Shown one piece after another: positions 39,838-54,333 of a stretch of DNA of 64,000 bases. Position numbers and translations under genes: made by a program. The notes under the pieces were generated by a model that saw only the letters and a program-made list of their open reading frames with translations, was not told the origin of the DNA and ran no database searches. How positions within the stretch are numbered: the first letter of the stretch is position 1; every line of letters starts with the position of its first letter. The DNA comes from Octopus vulgaris (taxonomy: Eukaryota). The stretch spans positions 25,792,001 to 25,856,000 of the forward strand of contig OX597829.1 in assembly GCA_951406725.2 (NCBI GenBank), read 5' to 3'.

Positions 39838-39887
39838 CATGTATGTATGTATGTATGTATGTATGTATGTATGTATGTATGTATGTA

Positions 39888-40088
39888 TTACTCTTTTACT
39901 CGTTTCAGTCATTTGACTGCGGCCATGCTGGAGAACCGCCTTTAATCGAGCAACTCGACCCCGGGACTTATTCTTTTGTAAGCCCAGTACTTATTCTATC
40001 GGTCTCTTTTTGCCGAACCGCTAAGTAACGGGGACATAAATACACCAGCATCGGTTGTCAAGCAATGCTAGGGGTACAAACACACACA

Positions 40089-40141
<53 letters not shown>

Positions 40142-40302
40142 GATGGGCTTCTTTTTTCAGTTTCCGTCTACCAAATCCACTCACAAGGCTTTGGTCGCCC
40201 CGAGGCTATAGTAGAAGACACTTGCCCAAAGTGCCACGCAGTGGGACTGAACCCGGAACCATGTGGTAAACAAGCTACTTACCACACAACCACTCCTGCA
40301 CC
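39888..40302 (-). mobile_element. SINE family A, near full length
   Basis: Reverse complement of the family-A sequence with an internal (TA)n. Confidence 0.92.
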
Positions 40303-40530
40303 TGTGTATGTATGTATGTATGTATGTATGTATGTATGTATGTATGTATGTATGTATGTATGTATGTATGTATATATATATATATATATTTTAAAATAAT
40401 CAGCCGAAATTACTACGATGATCCGGTTCTTGACTGAAGACTGAGGGCTTCGAATGTCCTGTCTGTGTTTGTTGTATCGTCTTCTAAGTTTTTATGCGTT
40501 CTTGTCTCAGTTTGTATTTTTCTACATATC

Positions 40531-40570
<40 letters not shown>

Positions 40571-40634
40571 GGAGTAAACACATAAATGTGAAACAAGGTG
40601 GAAAAAAGAGTACTCAAATACCAGTGGTAGAGTA

Positions 40635-40802
40635 ATATGCTTTATTTTAAGCAGCAGAAAATTCAACAAAATCTGTTACTCTGAGTTTCTCGTTGCCGTT
40701 CATCAGACAGTTTTTTCTAGCAAAAACTGTCTGATGAACAGCAACGAGAAACTCAGAGTAACAGATTTTGTTGAATTTTCTGCTGCTTAAAATAAAGTAT
40801 AT
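40635..40802. ncRNA. Palindrome with back-to-back minimal hammerhead motifs (40673-40710 minus, 40727-40764 plus)
   Basis: CTGT-CTGATGA-AC(G/A)GCAACGA-GAA-ACTC-A-GAGT-A-ACAG in each ~80 bp arm; within (TA)n. Confidence 0.72.
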
Positions 40803-41092
40803 ATATATATATATATATCATCATCATTGTTCGGCCGTGTTCGAGACAATGGAATTTACCATGCTATGCCAGACTTCACGGTCCATCATGGCATCACGGA
40901 GGTCCTGTTGCTGGATGCCTGTATCCCTGGAGATTACATCAGGGTAGGAGAGTGTGCGCCCTCTGGTATTGCGAGTAGATGGCTTCCAGAGGAGAAGAGT
41001 AGAAATTACTTCTTTTTCAGCTCTACAAGCCTTAAGCCTCAGGCCTTTTGAGTGGACTTACTAGACGGAAACTAGAAGAAGCCCATCGCATT

Positions 41093-41150
<58 letters not shown>

Positions 41151-41438
41151 CGTATGTGTATGCGTGTTTGTGCTTGTCCCACACCACCGTTTGATAGTCG
41201 GTGCTGGTGTGTTTACCTCCCCGCTGTATAGCGGTTAGGCAAAGGAAACCGATGCAATAAATACTAGGCTGAAAAAAAAAGTACTGGGGTCAATTTGTTC
41301 GACTGAACCCTTCAAGGTGGTGCTCCAGCATAGCCGCAGTCCAATGACTGAAACAAGTAAAAGTTAAAATGGTATGACAAAGTTTGATTGTGAGTATCTA
41401 CGTTTGCGTGTATGTATAAATACGTGTGCGTGTGTGCG

Positions 41439-41505
<67 letters not shown>

Positions 41506-41699
41506 GTCTGTTTATCTGGCTGTCTGTTTGTCTGTTTTTCTGTCTGTATTTACATGTTTGTGTGCGTGCGTATTTGTGTGTATGTCTGTGTACAGCGTGT
41601 CTTACACTAGTACAAAGACAACCACTGACCAAAAAGAAAACATAATCCACTGCCAACCCACTGAACACGTGCACAACTTAAGTCGGACCCTCAGCATCA

Positions 41700-42115
41700 G
41701 TCCAAATATTAGGCCGCATCATCGTTGATTATCTCCCCTGATAAACGAGCTTCACATAGTGAAGACTATACCACTAAGATTTGTCCTCCTTTTCTAAGTC
41801 AGAAAATATAGGAAACCTGTTAATTTTCAACAAAGGTGAGATGAATCTTCATTGGAGTACAACGCCTACATGAGGGCGGTGGTTGTCAGCGCTTGGGTAA
41901 CATAAGGTAACGTACGTTGCGCTATTCTTCAGGACTGCACAATATTGTTTCTTACAAATTCTAGGAATTTAAAAAAACTCGGTCAATAAAAGATTATACA
42001 TACTCAGGTATAAGTATTGAGTTTCTTTACTCCTGTGTGAAAAATTAAGGAAACTGGTTTAGATGGATCAGCAGGGGAAGTTGACCCCCATCGAGCATGA
42101 TGTAAGTTTGACATG

Positions 42116-42147
<32 letters not shown>

Positions 42148-42930
42148 TGTATGTATGTATGTATGTATGTATGGGTAGTAGTTGGAAGGGTCAAAGAAAT
42201 GTCCTCTTCGGAATGGGACCTGTAGCATATTTCTAAAGATAGACAGACAGAAAAAAAGTTGAAGTGTCTGTTGAGGCAAGGACCTACCTCTGAATTACAT
42301 TGTTTGAAGATAATGGAAGGAATATTATCGGGTCCAGTGGTCTTGTTGTTTTGATGTGACCGAAGCTGCTTTCGCACCTGAGATACATGTATATGTGGCG
42401 GTGGTGGTGGTGGAGCGGTGCGGAATTGTTTGGGAGAAGTTTTACCCAGTGATGTAGTGTGGGAATAATGCAAAGCGAGTAGGAAATATAGAGGCTTTAT
42501 GAGTAGGAGTACTACTCACAGAGCAATAAAAAAAAAAGGTAGATATCGTTTTATCAAAGGTACAAAAAAGATTAGCTGCAGTTTGGTTGGCGCGCGGGGG
42601 AGGGGATTCTTGTGAGTTATACGATGCACGAAATTATCTTTCGCTATTAGAATGATAGATCTGCAGAAGTTTCGGTCCTTAATAAAAATTGTCCATCTTG
42701 TAGGGTGGTAATTTTCTGTATGTGTTGTAGGTCGCCATCCTTGCCTGAACTGCTGTAATGCAGTTATAAGTGAATCACGTAGGTCAAGGGATTTTTAAAT
42801 GTTTGAAATGGCAGGGATATGCCAAGAAATATGGTTTTAGTTACCCACTTAGTTGACCCTGGAAGACCAAGAGGGAAGCTTACATTGCCAGGGATAGTTA
42901 GAATAGAAGGGTTGGCGTTGCGACCAATTA
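41700..42930 (-). pseudogene. Decayed Jockey/CR1-like LINE remnant
   Basis: VRKQLRSHQNNKTTGPDNIPSIIFKQC..VGPCL (K..GPD.IP..LK.C RT-entry motif) at ~42270-42385; the rest is poorly legible. Confidence 0.55.
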
Positions 42931-43040
42931 ATATTGGCGCAGGCGTGGCTGTTTGGTTAGAAGTTTGATTTCCAACCACATGGTTCCGAGTTCAATCCCA
43001 CTGTGCACGCAGACATGCACACGCGCACACACACACACAC

Positions 43041-43071
<31 letters not shown>

Positions 43072-43350
43072 ACAAATACACACACACAGTCACACACACA
43101 CGCACACACACACACACATCTATCATGTTGTCTGAGATGCACCAACATATGCGTAAAACAATATTTATTTCGGTTAGCTTCTCTACAGTTTCCGTCTCCC
43201 AAATTTCACTCATAAACCATTTTGAGAGATGACCCAATATTCTGCGCTGTGAGATGAGACCCTGAATCACCTGTTTGCGAATCGAACTTATTAAACGTTC
43301 CTCTGGGACTGTGTCCCTCGTGTAAGAGACACAGTCGACAATAAAAATAC

Positions 43351-43387
<37 letters not shown>

Positions 43388-43991
43388 ACACTTACTTTGA
43401 AGTATGTGTGTGTGTGTGTGTGTGTGTGTGCTTGCGCATACGTGTGTTTGCATATGCGTATAACTATGTATGAGTGTCTTTTTTTTTTTTACTGTATTTG
43501 TCTCTTTCCTCATCACTTGATAACCGCTGTTGGTTTGTTTACGTCCCCGTAACCTAGCTGTTTGGCAATTGATAGAATAGGTATCAGACTTGAAAATAAC
43601 GAGTACTGGGGGTCGGTTTGGTTGACTAAACCGCTGATAGCGGTGCCCCAACATGGAAGCAGTCCAAAGGCAGGAACAAGTAAACAAAAGATAAAAGAAG
43701 ATAAAAGATAAGCATACAGAAATTTAATCGTTAATCTCTTTACATTTTTTAAAAAACCCTAACCTTTCATTCTGTCATATTTATCTATTTGATATAATTC
43801 AACCTGATTAGTTTAAGGAAATCTTCTCAATTCTTTTACTTTTATTTTCCTTCTTTCGTTCTTAGTCTTACCTCCTTGTCCCTTTTTTTTTTTTTGCTTT
43901 CTTTCGTGGCTTCATATTATCTACCTCGTTTGGTAACCCCTTTCTGTTCCTCTTCTGTAATTTCCTTCACATTTCTCTCAGTATAGTTCTT

Positions 43992-44687
43992 CACTAGCAG
44001 GACCTGTGGCAATTCCGCGGAACGAAAAAAAATTAAGAGGAACTATTTATGAAAAGAAGGAGGATTTACATTTTTATTGCATATAAACCTTATTGTTGCC
44101 TGTGCAATAAATGATTCAAACTTATACAATAACAATCTGTACAATACTTTAATACATATATCATTCTGCTGACGCTGCAAGATCAATATATAATTGCATA
44201 TTCTTTATTACGCAATATTTTATAATTACTTTACATTATATACAATCGGTGTGCATAAAACGATATGGAGAAGGGTCGGCGAACCGGGGTACATTAACCC
44301 CAAGTAGGATAAAAATGGAATTCTTGAGGGTAATGTGGATTCATTAGATATGAATAACATTATATAAGAAAACGTGTTCCTTGCTATAACAGAAATTTTC
44401 CTTCTGGCAGCACTGCATCCGTCCAATGTAATTAAGGGACGTGTGAATAGATTCAATAGACCTTTTGAATTCAAAGAATCAATGATTTTCTTCTTTTCAA
44501 TTCAAGGAGGTAACATCGGCGTAAATAAATATATTTTGGGGTAATTGGTTGAAAAAGTTCCCCGATCTTAGTGTATGGAGAATATACTCAATGTTTTTAT
44601 TTATGTGATTAGTTTCAATTAAAAACACCCACGGATATTTTGCCAAGTTATTTCATTTCCCCTCTCTCCCCTTTTCTCTCTCCTTTT

Positions 44688-44718
<31 letters not shown>

Positions 44719-45068
44719 CCTCTACTTCTCATTTCAATAAACTTTTTTAACCATGTAATTCCTCTCTTCACGTTGTTAACATTTCTCTCTTTCTCTTTAC
44801 CTCTCACTTCCACCGACCACGTGGCAGCTGACAGCGTAATGCATCGGCTGGCTTTCTGCTATCTCCCTCTCTCCCCTCTCCCTCTCTCTTTCACTTTACC
44901 TCTCACACACACTCATCACACTCTCTCGCTCTCCCCTCTCGCTCTCCCTCTTCCTCTCCCTCCGTCTCTGTCGCTCTCACTCCACTGATCTCTCACTCCC
45001 ACCTCTCTCTAACAAAATTAAAGCGTAACGTGTGAACGAACGAACAAACAGAATTATAATATAGATAT
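43992..45068 (+). mobile_element. HINE/Helentron-like non-autonomous element
   Basis: 5' cactagcaggacctgtggcaattccgcgg hairpin; CT-rich body; gaac repeats and ttataatatagat 3' end shared with two other copies. Confidence 0.65.
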
Positions 45069-45564
45069 TTCATGATAATTACTTTAACTCTCTGGACTAC
45101 CCACATTTCTCTACATACTCTTCTTTCATTCTTCCAGTTGTTTCAAATTCTTTCTCCATCTCCCTTTCTCTTTCTTTCTTTCATACTTTCTTTCTTTCTT
45201 TCTTTTTCCGAACACTGGTCTTTATCTAGCTCATTCATTTACTATTATCTTGCCTTCTTTCTTCAGTAGTTATTGTCAGTCAGCCATGATTTACCCCTCC
45301 GCTCGCTTTTCCTTCTCTCTTCCCCGACCGCCACCACAACATCTCAACCCTCAACCAACATTCTCCTTCATTCTGTCATCAACCTTTTAAAAATCTCTTT
45401 ACACACTTTCCGTTTCTCTTTTGTCTTTCCATTCCAACATAATTCACTGAAAATAAACGGCATCTTCTTCACCATTAATCCTCATGTATCAAAAGTCTCC
45501 AGCAGACGACATCATTTACCGCTTTGTATACACACGTGACGCACATAAGCACACGTTTACACGA

Positions 45565-45620
<56 letters not shown>

Positions 45621-46312
45621 CGAGATGCATACACAGCTTATTTACATAGATTGCTCATGTAGCATATAACAATGAGGGGAATCTCGACGTGTGTTAGAAG
45701 TAGCAGCCAAATCTCCATCATCCTGCTCTCTTATAAAGAAATAATAATATAATCCTAGATACATTAACAATTGAAAAGAAAAATCGACGGAATGATCACA
45801 TCTGGAATATCATAGGTGTTCTTGGTCAGAACCTAGGATTAAACAGCAATGTTTATCTGTATGCACCATAAACGCATAATACATACACGGACGTATATGT
45901 GTGTGTATCTGTATATGTTTGCGTGTCTTCTCTTCCTCTTTTTAATTAAGAGTAAATTCTGACCTGCCGTCTAGTTGGTTGCAATGTTGTGAAGGAAAGT
46001 GCCTTAATTTAACCATCGTCTTTTAAATCTTAAGAAGGATCTTGCAGATTTTTATAGTTCTAGATATCATGACAATTTGTAGCGTATGAATTAAGGATTT
46101 GCATTCTCTCCCCAAGATTCCAAGTTCAGCCATACAATATTCCAGACGGGTTGGTATGTTACCTAGTTTGAACCTGACACTAGGGCACTATGTATGTATG
46201 TATGTATGTATGTATGTATGTATGTATGTATGTATGTATGTATGTATGCATGCATGCATGCATGTATGTATGTATGTATGTATGTATGTATGTATGTATG
46301 TATGTATGTATG

Positions 46313-46383
<71 letters not shown>

Positions 46384-46414
46384 TTATCGATCGGTCAATT
46401 TATTTATTTATTTA

Positions 46415-47556
46415 CAGGATGTCTCAGAACGGTTTTCCCATGTTTAAAACTCTTCCTAAAGAATATCGGTTCAGGTAATATTGTCTACAAGATTTGCACA
46501 TGTCTTTTGGTCATGTGTCTATTGTTTCGTTCGCCTATAACAGGTTAAAAAACAATCATGGTTTCAAAATCAAGACACAACCAGATTGTCACTTTGAAAA
46601 CAGCTGAAGTGAGCAACAAGTACATAATAGTGTTCAATACCCGAAAACGATATATGGAGTCTGCTATTACCCCTAGCAAGCCAATTCCTGGTAGGAAACG
46701 ATCTATTCGTACCAAACAAACTGTTGAAGTTGTTACGAGGAGAATTAACCGAAATCCCTACAGGAGTGCAAGAAAAATTGCAAAAGCTCTTGATATCTTG
46801 AAATTTTAAAGAGGATTTAAAGCTAACTGTATACAAAAGCAATCCTAGGAGTTAATTCTAGCAGCATCCAAGAAGAAACGGTTCGACAGAGGTAAAATCA
46901 TGTTGGCTCAGATGAAGCGTGCCGCTAACAAAGTGTTGATCTGGTCCGACGAGAAGATCTTCACCGTGGATGCAGTTATCAACAGGCAGCATGAAAGGCT
47001 TTATGCACGTCATTTAGGAGACTTGCCGGAAAGTATCGGGAGTCATTTATGCCGTCAGAAACCAGCTTCACTCTTGGAGTGAGTCACAGTTGCACCTGAT
47101 GGATCCAAGTCTCCTTCGATCTTCATCGATGCTGGCGTTAAGGTCAATAGGGAAGTTTATGTGGAAATGTTGGATTAGAAAGTGTTATCCTGGGTCACAG
47201 ATAACTTTGGTGATCATTACATCTTCACTCAAGACGGGGCTCCAGCCCACATATCCAATTTGAAGCAGGGGTAGTACAAGAAACATTTTAGTAATGTTTC
47301 TGCTCGCTCTTATTCAAATGTGTCAGATCTGAAGAAAGTCCTTCTGTCTTCATGGGTCAAGTCGGATAAAGAGGTGGTACGGCGCTTAAGCAACGCAGTG
47401 ACCACTTGTTTGCAGGATATGATCAAGGTGAAAGGTGGCCATTTCGAAATGTAATTACTGCAATAGATTGACAATTTACATTAGAACGTGTGTATCAAAT
47501 TTCATTATCATTGATATTAAGAAATATCAATGAGTAGATCTTTCTGGGACACTCTG
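46415..47556 (+). mobile_element. Tc1/mariner (maT/DD37D-like) transposon, decayed, both TIRs present
   Basis: TA-caggatgtctcagaa ... ttctgggacactctg-TA; GRKRSIRT, RINRNPYRSARKIA, WSDEKIFTV, FTQDGAPAH, KGGHFE. The segment carrying the third Asp appears deleted. Confidence 0.9.
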
Positions 47557-48505
47557 TACATGAAACTCGATCAGGCAGCTTGTAACACGTTTCACAAAGT
47601 GTTATAGTCCCCTTTAGAATCGCGAAGAGGCACAGCTAGCCCTTCACAACTGCTCTCCTTGACTCGGTAGAACGACAACGTTGTGACAGTTGGAGGAGAA
47701 AAGAGAACTGCAACAGTATCCAACTGGCAACTCATTTTCAGTAGAGTAGATTAGAATAACTTCAAATGAAGTGCCTTCTTCAAGGACACAATTTGCCGCC
47801 TGGTCCAGGAAACGAACCAATAGCCTTACGATCTTGTGATAGAGACACAATTGGAATCTAGTCTTTTTCATTCGCAAAATGAGCTCCCTTTAATTTTGCT
47901 CAGACTGCTTTCAATTTTTGTATATCGATGCAACTCTGAATTTTGATTATCATCAACCAATTACTTCATCTCGTAAATTAAAGAATCTGATGTTATTTGG
48001 AATTAAAGTTAGGAAATTTGGATAATTTTAGCCAATCAACAGACAGCGATGCATTAACAGCTTGTTGCCATGACAACCGCACATTGTGTTGTGTTTCACC
48101 TATATGCTGTGATGATTCTTCACACCACGAGATTTACTTCACCCGCGAGTTTTGTTTTAATAAAAATTTGTATTTATCAATTAGAATTTTATTATAGATA
48201 TTTTTCGCCAATTATCTTAATATTTTACATATTTTTCATATATAGCAAAAGTTGTTTGCGATGTTTATCCAGTTTCTTGGCATTGTGAAGGTGAATGGAA
48301 TATGTGAACTTAGTACAGATAATCTAACATTATTTTTGAATTCTGCAAGCAAAAACATATGATACAGGTATTCATTTTCTTCGGACAAATTCTTTGTTGA
48401 CCAGTGTTATTCTTATCTTAGTTTACAAACCCAAGCATGAAAACGTTACTCAACTTTGAAGTTTTTGTGACAGACGCCCCCATCATACACACGTACACAC
48501 GCGCG

Positions 48506-48544
<39 letters not shown>

Positions 48545-49533
48545 GCGCTTACATATTAATGATGTACACAGGTAGTCATAATTCTGAAATACGCATAAAG
48601 TAAACACATGCAGACAAACATATTGATATTACAAATTAAAAAAATTAATAAAAACATGCAATCAATGAAGAGACGAAAGAAACAGTAAGGTGATACATGT
48701 TGATTTTATTAGGGAATTCTGTTTATACAGAAAACTACAATGAAGAAGTCATTTCACGGTAGGCTAAACTATAAATTTCACAAGCTACGATCTTAAAGTT
48801 GACACCGCTCTGCTAAACGCAAAAAATTTCAATCTGGCTATTTGGCTATATATACACAGTTTTTCGATTTTTAAAGCTCTGTAACTTTTCCTCCAATTTT
48901 TTTACTTCAAATCATACATTCATAGCAATTAAACTGGAAAACTTTATCATTATGGCGGATAATCAGATTTTTTTACTGTCTTTTAAAAAATGCATATTTT
49001 GCGAATAAAAAAAAAACTAGATCCTTTCATTGCGATAGAGACACGCGATATCACATATATATGTTTTATGAATGTGCGTATGTATGTATATGTGCGTGTT
49101 TGTATGCATTGTTTGTATATATGATGCAAAAATTATAAATAACAAGAAAACGAGGTGAAAACCTCTCTCGGTGTATTAAGTTTACGTTCGGGAAAAACAG
49201 AAGGAAAGCTCTTTTACGTTTCGAGAGAAAGAATAGAAGAGAGAAAACGTGCATCAATTATACAAACACACAAACGTGCGCGCGCATGTGTATATGTATG
49301 TGTGTGTGACCTTGCGGTTCGGTAAAAAGAGAACAGTAGAATAAGAACCAGACTTTAAAAAGAATTAGCAGTGGGGAGCGATTTGTTCTATTAAAACCTT
49401 CAAGGCAGTGCCCCCGCATGGCCGCAGTACAGTGACTGAAGTGAATAAAAGATAATATAATGTGTATGAGTATGTATATGTATATATAAATACATACACA
49501 CGCACATACACACATATGTATGTATGTATATGT

Positions 49534-49948
49534 ATGGCTGTGTGGTAAGTAGCTTGCTAACCAACCACATGGTTGCGGGTTCAGTCCCACTGCGTGGCAT
49601 CTTGGGCAAGTGTCTTCTGCTATAGCCCCGGGCCGACCAATGCCTTGTGAGTGGATTTGGTAGATGGAAACTGAAAGAAGCCTGTCGTATATATGTATAT
49701 ATATATATATGTGTGTGTTTGTGTGTCTGTGTTTGTCCCCCTAGCATTGCTCGACAACCGATGCTGGTGTGTTTACGTCCCCCGTCACTTAGCGGTTCGG
49801 CAAAAAAGAGACCGATAAAATAAGTACTGGGCTTACAAAGAGTAAGTCCCGGGGTCGATTTGCTCGACTAAAGGCGGTGCTCCAGCATGGCCGCAGTCAA
49901 ATGACTGAAACAAGTAAAAGAGTAAAAGAGAAAAGAGAGTAAAAGAGT
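49534..49948 (+). mobile_element. SINE family A
   Basis: Same subfamily as 38044 (ggttgcgggttcag, gccccgggccgaccaatgcc). Confidence 0.92.
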
Positions 49949-50713
49949 ATATATATGTACACACACACACATATATATACATATGTGTGTATATATATAT
50001 GTATGTATATATGTATATATGTACATATAGGTATACATACACTCACAGACATTCAAATACATACATCCTAATACTTATGCAAGGAGCTGTTGACAAAGTT
50101 CTCTTCCGGACAGCAGGAAGAGGGTAACAGATTCGTATAACTGGTACGCAGTCACAGTGCCGTGTCCGGAGGGGAGCTGGTATGTAAACGTTTTCGTTTC
50201 AGGTCAAATAACTAATAACGTGAGTTACCACGCGAAAGGTCAAGCCCTGAACTTTCCCCTCATTCAGAAGAACTGTATAGCGTTCGCGTTATTAGGGGTC
50301 AAATTGCTTGAACCCTATTTTGGCATGTCATCGTGACTAAGGAGTTGATAACAGTGCTATTATGCTTCGGACAGACGATCCCCAAGCTCTGGTTGTGTGT
50401 ATGCGAGCTTCCATATGAATGCGTGTGTATGAGGTTTATGTGTTTGTGCACGCGTCCATGCGTGTTTTTCCCTGCGTGGGAAATGTACGTGTAAGCATAT
50501 ATGTGTTGTGTACGTGCGAAGGAAAGTATTTGTCAAGAAAGGGTCGGGGAATAGACGTGGACGAGAAAGGGAAAAGGAGTTAAATATTTATGTAAAGGAG
50601 TTAAGAGATTGTATTTGAGAGAGTTGTGAGTTTGTGTATGAGAGCTAAGTTTACGTATTTGAATGACAGGAACGACTGTGAAATACCTAACAGCGGATAC
50701 ATAAGCGCGCACG

Positions 50714-50788
<75 letters not shown>

Positions 50789-50840
50789 GCTGAAAAGAAA
50801 TTTCGAAGCATAGATAGATATTAAAGTATATCCATTTCAT

Positions 50841-51164
50841 TTTTATTTATTTATGCACCCTTTTCAAGCCTAGCCAGGTTCATGGGCCCGGTTTCCCGGT
50901 TTCTATGGCATATGTTCCCCCCCTCCCAACCCCAGCTGGACGGGACGCCAGTCCATCGCAGCGTTACTCAAGAAAAAGGAAGATAGAGCGAGAGAAAGTT
51001 GGGGCGAAAGAGTGCAACAGGGGTCGCCACCCCCCTGTCGGAGCCTCGTGGAGCTTTAGGTGTTTTCGCTCAATAAACACACACAACGCCCGCTCTGGGA
51101 ATCGAAACCGCGATCCTCCGATCGCGAGTCCGCTACCCTAACCATTGGGTCATTGCGCCTCCAC
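50841..51164 (-). mobile_element. tRNA-derived SINE with V-domain-like segment
   Basis: Minus strand: tRNA-like head ggaggcgcaatgacccaatggttagg..ggtttcgattccc; ctgcgatggactggcgtcccgtccag; (TAAA)n tail. Confidence 0.8.
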
Positions 51165-52082
51165 ATATCCATTTCATACGGGAACAAAATAAGTTTCTTT
51201 AGACGTATTGCACTCCAGTGCAGTAAGTTTTCAGAAACACATTTGTATCTACAAGAATATAACACACTCTAAGGTACTGATTCCTTTTTTTTTCTTTTTT
51301 TCTTTTTGGCATCGATAAGCATTATTCGCAAACAAAAACAAGAATATATCACAGATAATAGTATCAACATTAAGCACAAAGGCTGGAATTTTGCGGGGAG
51401 GGACCAGTTGATTACATTGATCCCAATGCTCAATTCGTGCCTATATTGTTAACCCCAAAATGAGTACAAGTAAAGTCAACCTCGGCGATACTTGAATGCA
51501 GAATGTAAAGCCGGAAGAAATGCTGCTAAGCATTTTTGTCTGATGCGGTTGCGATTCTGCTAGATGGCCACATCCTTTCTTTTACTCGTTTCAGTCATTA
51601 GACTGCGGCCATACTGGGGCACCACCGTAACTTAGCGGTTCGGCAAAACAGACCGATAGAATAAGTACTAGGCTTACAAAGAATGAGTCCTGGGGTCGAT
51701 TTGCTCGACTAAAGGCGGTGCTCCAGCATGGCCACAGTTAAATGACTGAAACAAGTAAAAGAGTAAAAGAGCAATACATTTAAAAGTTACATGAATACAG
51801 TTACAATCTGATATTAAATGTTCGCCACCTGATATGTCTGCTAACTATATAATAAAAATTGTCCTTGTATTGTTATTCCGAGGAGACATATGTCTGTACA
51901 CAATGTCATTTATCATGATTTAACTGGGAATAGATAATTTATATGATTGTTGTAAATGCTGCGGAGCATCACTTGGGCTTAAGACTCATTTTTTCATTAA
52001 CAAGCAATGGTTACATTTAGTGAAAGACTCCCATTATATATACGTATGTGTATGTATTCATACACAAGTACGTACATACATA

Positions 52083-52417
52083 GGGTAAAGACCCCCTTCG
52101 GTCATGAATGACCATGGGATTGCACCTAGAAAGTTACCCTCCTAGACACAAGTCCGGGCAAGGTTGTTTATGGAAGACCAGCAGTCGCCCATGTATACCA
52201 GCCTCCCCTCTCCACGCCACCAGTGTTATCCAAGGGAAAGACAAGGGTCGATACAGCTTGGCACCAGTGACGTCGCAACTCATTTCTACAGCTGAGTGAA
52301 CTGGAGCAACGTGAAATAAAGTGCTTTGCTCAAGAACACAACACGCAGCTCGGTCCGAGATTCGAGCTCACAACCTCACGATCGTAAGCTCGACGCTCTA
52401 ACCTCTGAGCCATGCGC
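52083..52417 (-). mobile_element. tRNA(Arg)-like-headed SINE
   Basis: Minus strand: gcgcatggctcagaggttagagcgtcgagcttACGatcgtgaggttgtgagctcgaatctc, then ttgtgttcttgagcaaagcacttt. A degenerate relative lies at ~47570-47850. Confidence 0.82.
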
Positions 52418-54333
52418 AAAAGCAAATCAAAAATAAAAATAGAAAAACAGGATAAGTAGCAGATATCAAAAGAAGGTACAGAGTGAATATATTAGATTGA
52501 TGCCCAGAGCAAGTTTTAAATGGGAAAAAGAGCTTGGGTGACGTTTTGAGCATGGCTCTTCGCCAGGAAGAGGAAAGAAAAATGTCCTGTGACAAGGAAA
52601 AGGAATAGTCAGAGAAAAGTATGTGTGTCATTACATGGCTGAAAAATAACTGACCGGAAGTGGAGAGAGATAACGTGGTTTCTGAAGGAAGGAGAGAGCA
52701 AAAATAACCAGTGTGTATGTATGGATATGAATATATGGGGCTCTTGGTAAAAAGGGAGAGGCAGGAGGGATGATTTGTTTGTAGATAAAAAGCAAAAAAA
52801 AAAAAGCAAATGCTAATTTCTAATAAAAAATAGTTTTATCAATTGACAATAATACACACCTAGTGCAATCATACAATACGCATCTCCAGAGAAATATTTT
52901 TTGCTGTAAAGGCAAAGTATCAACATTTGGTCATCATCTTTGTCAACAGACATATTGGTGTGCTTAATATTTTATTCTTTCCTCACTGTTATGTCGTGTT
53001 TGACTTCTACAGGTATGTTTGCAATCATCTGAGGTCACTGAAGGAGCACTCTGCAGAACATGATGATACAACAACATCTACCAAGATATCAGCGATTTAG
53101 CTGAAGACTAGCAGTACACCTGTGAAGTACATTTTTATAAACATTTGCAACTTGTTGCAGTTGCCTAAGAACTTGATGTATGTGTATGGTACGTGGCAAG
53201 CTTTATGCAGATTAACTTTTCTGCTTTTAACAGATCCGAACCAACAAACAGCATAAGCAACAAATTGATAGGGCTCACCCGAATTATCTACCAATCAGAA
53301 TTGAGTATAACTGAATACTCAAAGTATGTCATTAAATCACTTTGTCCCAGACTCAAATAAACAAGTAGGTATACTTTGGTAGTTATTAATAGGTTGATTC
53401 TGTGGCAATTCCATTGCCGATTCACGAACCATGGTTTGCATAGTGAGTTCAAGTGTACTATAACACACAAGAATCGTCTGCCGGTAGCAACATAATTTTT
53501 TAAGCACTTTCATGATTTTCTTTCCTCAATCTGAAGAGGGGAATTTTTCCCGAAATATGGAATCCTTAAACAATCTATGTAAAGTGGTATCTTTTTGTTT
53601 GCATTCATAAACATCCCCTTATATATTTTGCCCAATTTCTCACCTACTTTCTGAAGGTTGTTTTCCAAAATATTTATAACATTTTACACATATAGCAATG
53701 TTTCAAGCACATTTCAATACACACACACACATACACACATGCACGCACATATTGATATGGATATTCACAGTGAAGTACACTTTTATGGTATACAAATGTC
53801 TGTAGTATAGTCAACCACTTACACTTTAATATAATTCAATTGAATATGATATACAGTAAGGCAGAGGGAGAATAAAGGCTACACCATTATATTTACTTTA
53901 AGTGTACTCCATTGGAATATACAAAATAAAGGCCTGGGGTGGGTGTTATTGGTTTCTTAAAATTAATCGCGATGAGAAAAGGTTGGTGACAGAGCTCGAC
54001 ATAGTTGTTCGACCTGCAAGAAATAACAGTCAACTCTACTTCGAATCGTACTCTTCCATGTTGAACAACGAAGGCTACATGTAATAATGTAAAAATGGGA
54101 TTGTTATTTGATCAAGGTCGCAGCTAAAACAACAGACAACAATTACATCTGCTAATAACCAGCGTAGCGGATAGTAGTATTGGTAGAGGGTCAGACAAAA
54201 TGAATCCATATCGTATATATCTATTATTGTTTCAGTCATAAGACTGCAGCCATGTTGGGGCACCGCCTTGAATTTTTAGTCGAATAAATCCTATTACTTA
54301 CACGTTTTTAACTTTTTTTAAATCTTGGTACAT

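Noticed and set aside
40434-40465. CTGAAGA..CGAATGTC
   Set aside because: Stems II and III cannot be formed convincingly.
48065-48082. X-box-like GTTGCCATGACAAC
   Set aside because: A single motif, probably within an old DNA-transposon remnant; no promoter context.
52350-52417. tRNA-Arg-like sequence (also heads at 51090-51164, 38044 and 37471)
   Set aside because: No proper acceptor stem, and each continues into a SINE body; SINE heads, not tRNA genes.
53527-53565. CTGAAGA-GGGGAA/TTTCCC-GAAAT hammerhead-like motif
   Set aside because: Good stem II but no NUH site or stem I; possibly a decayed HHR, too weak to call.
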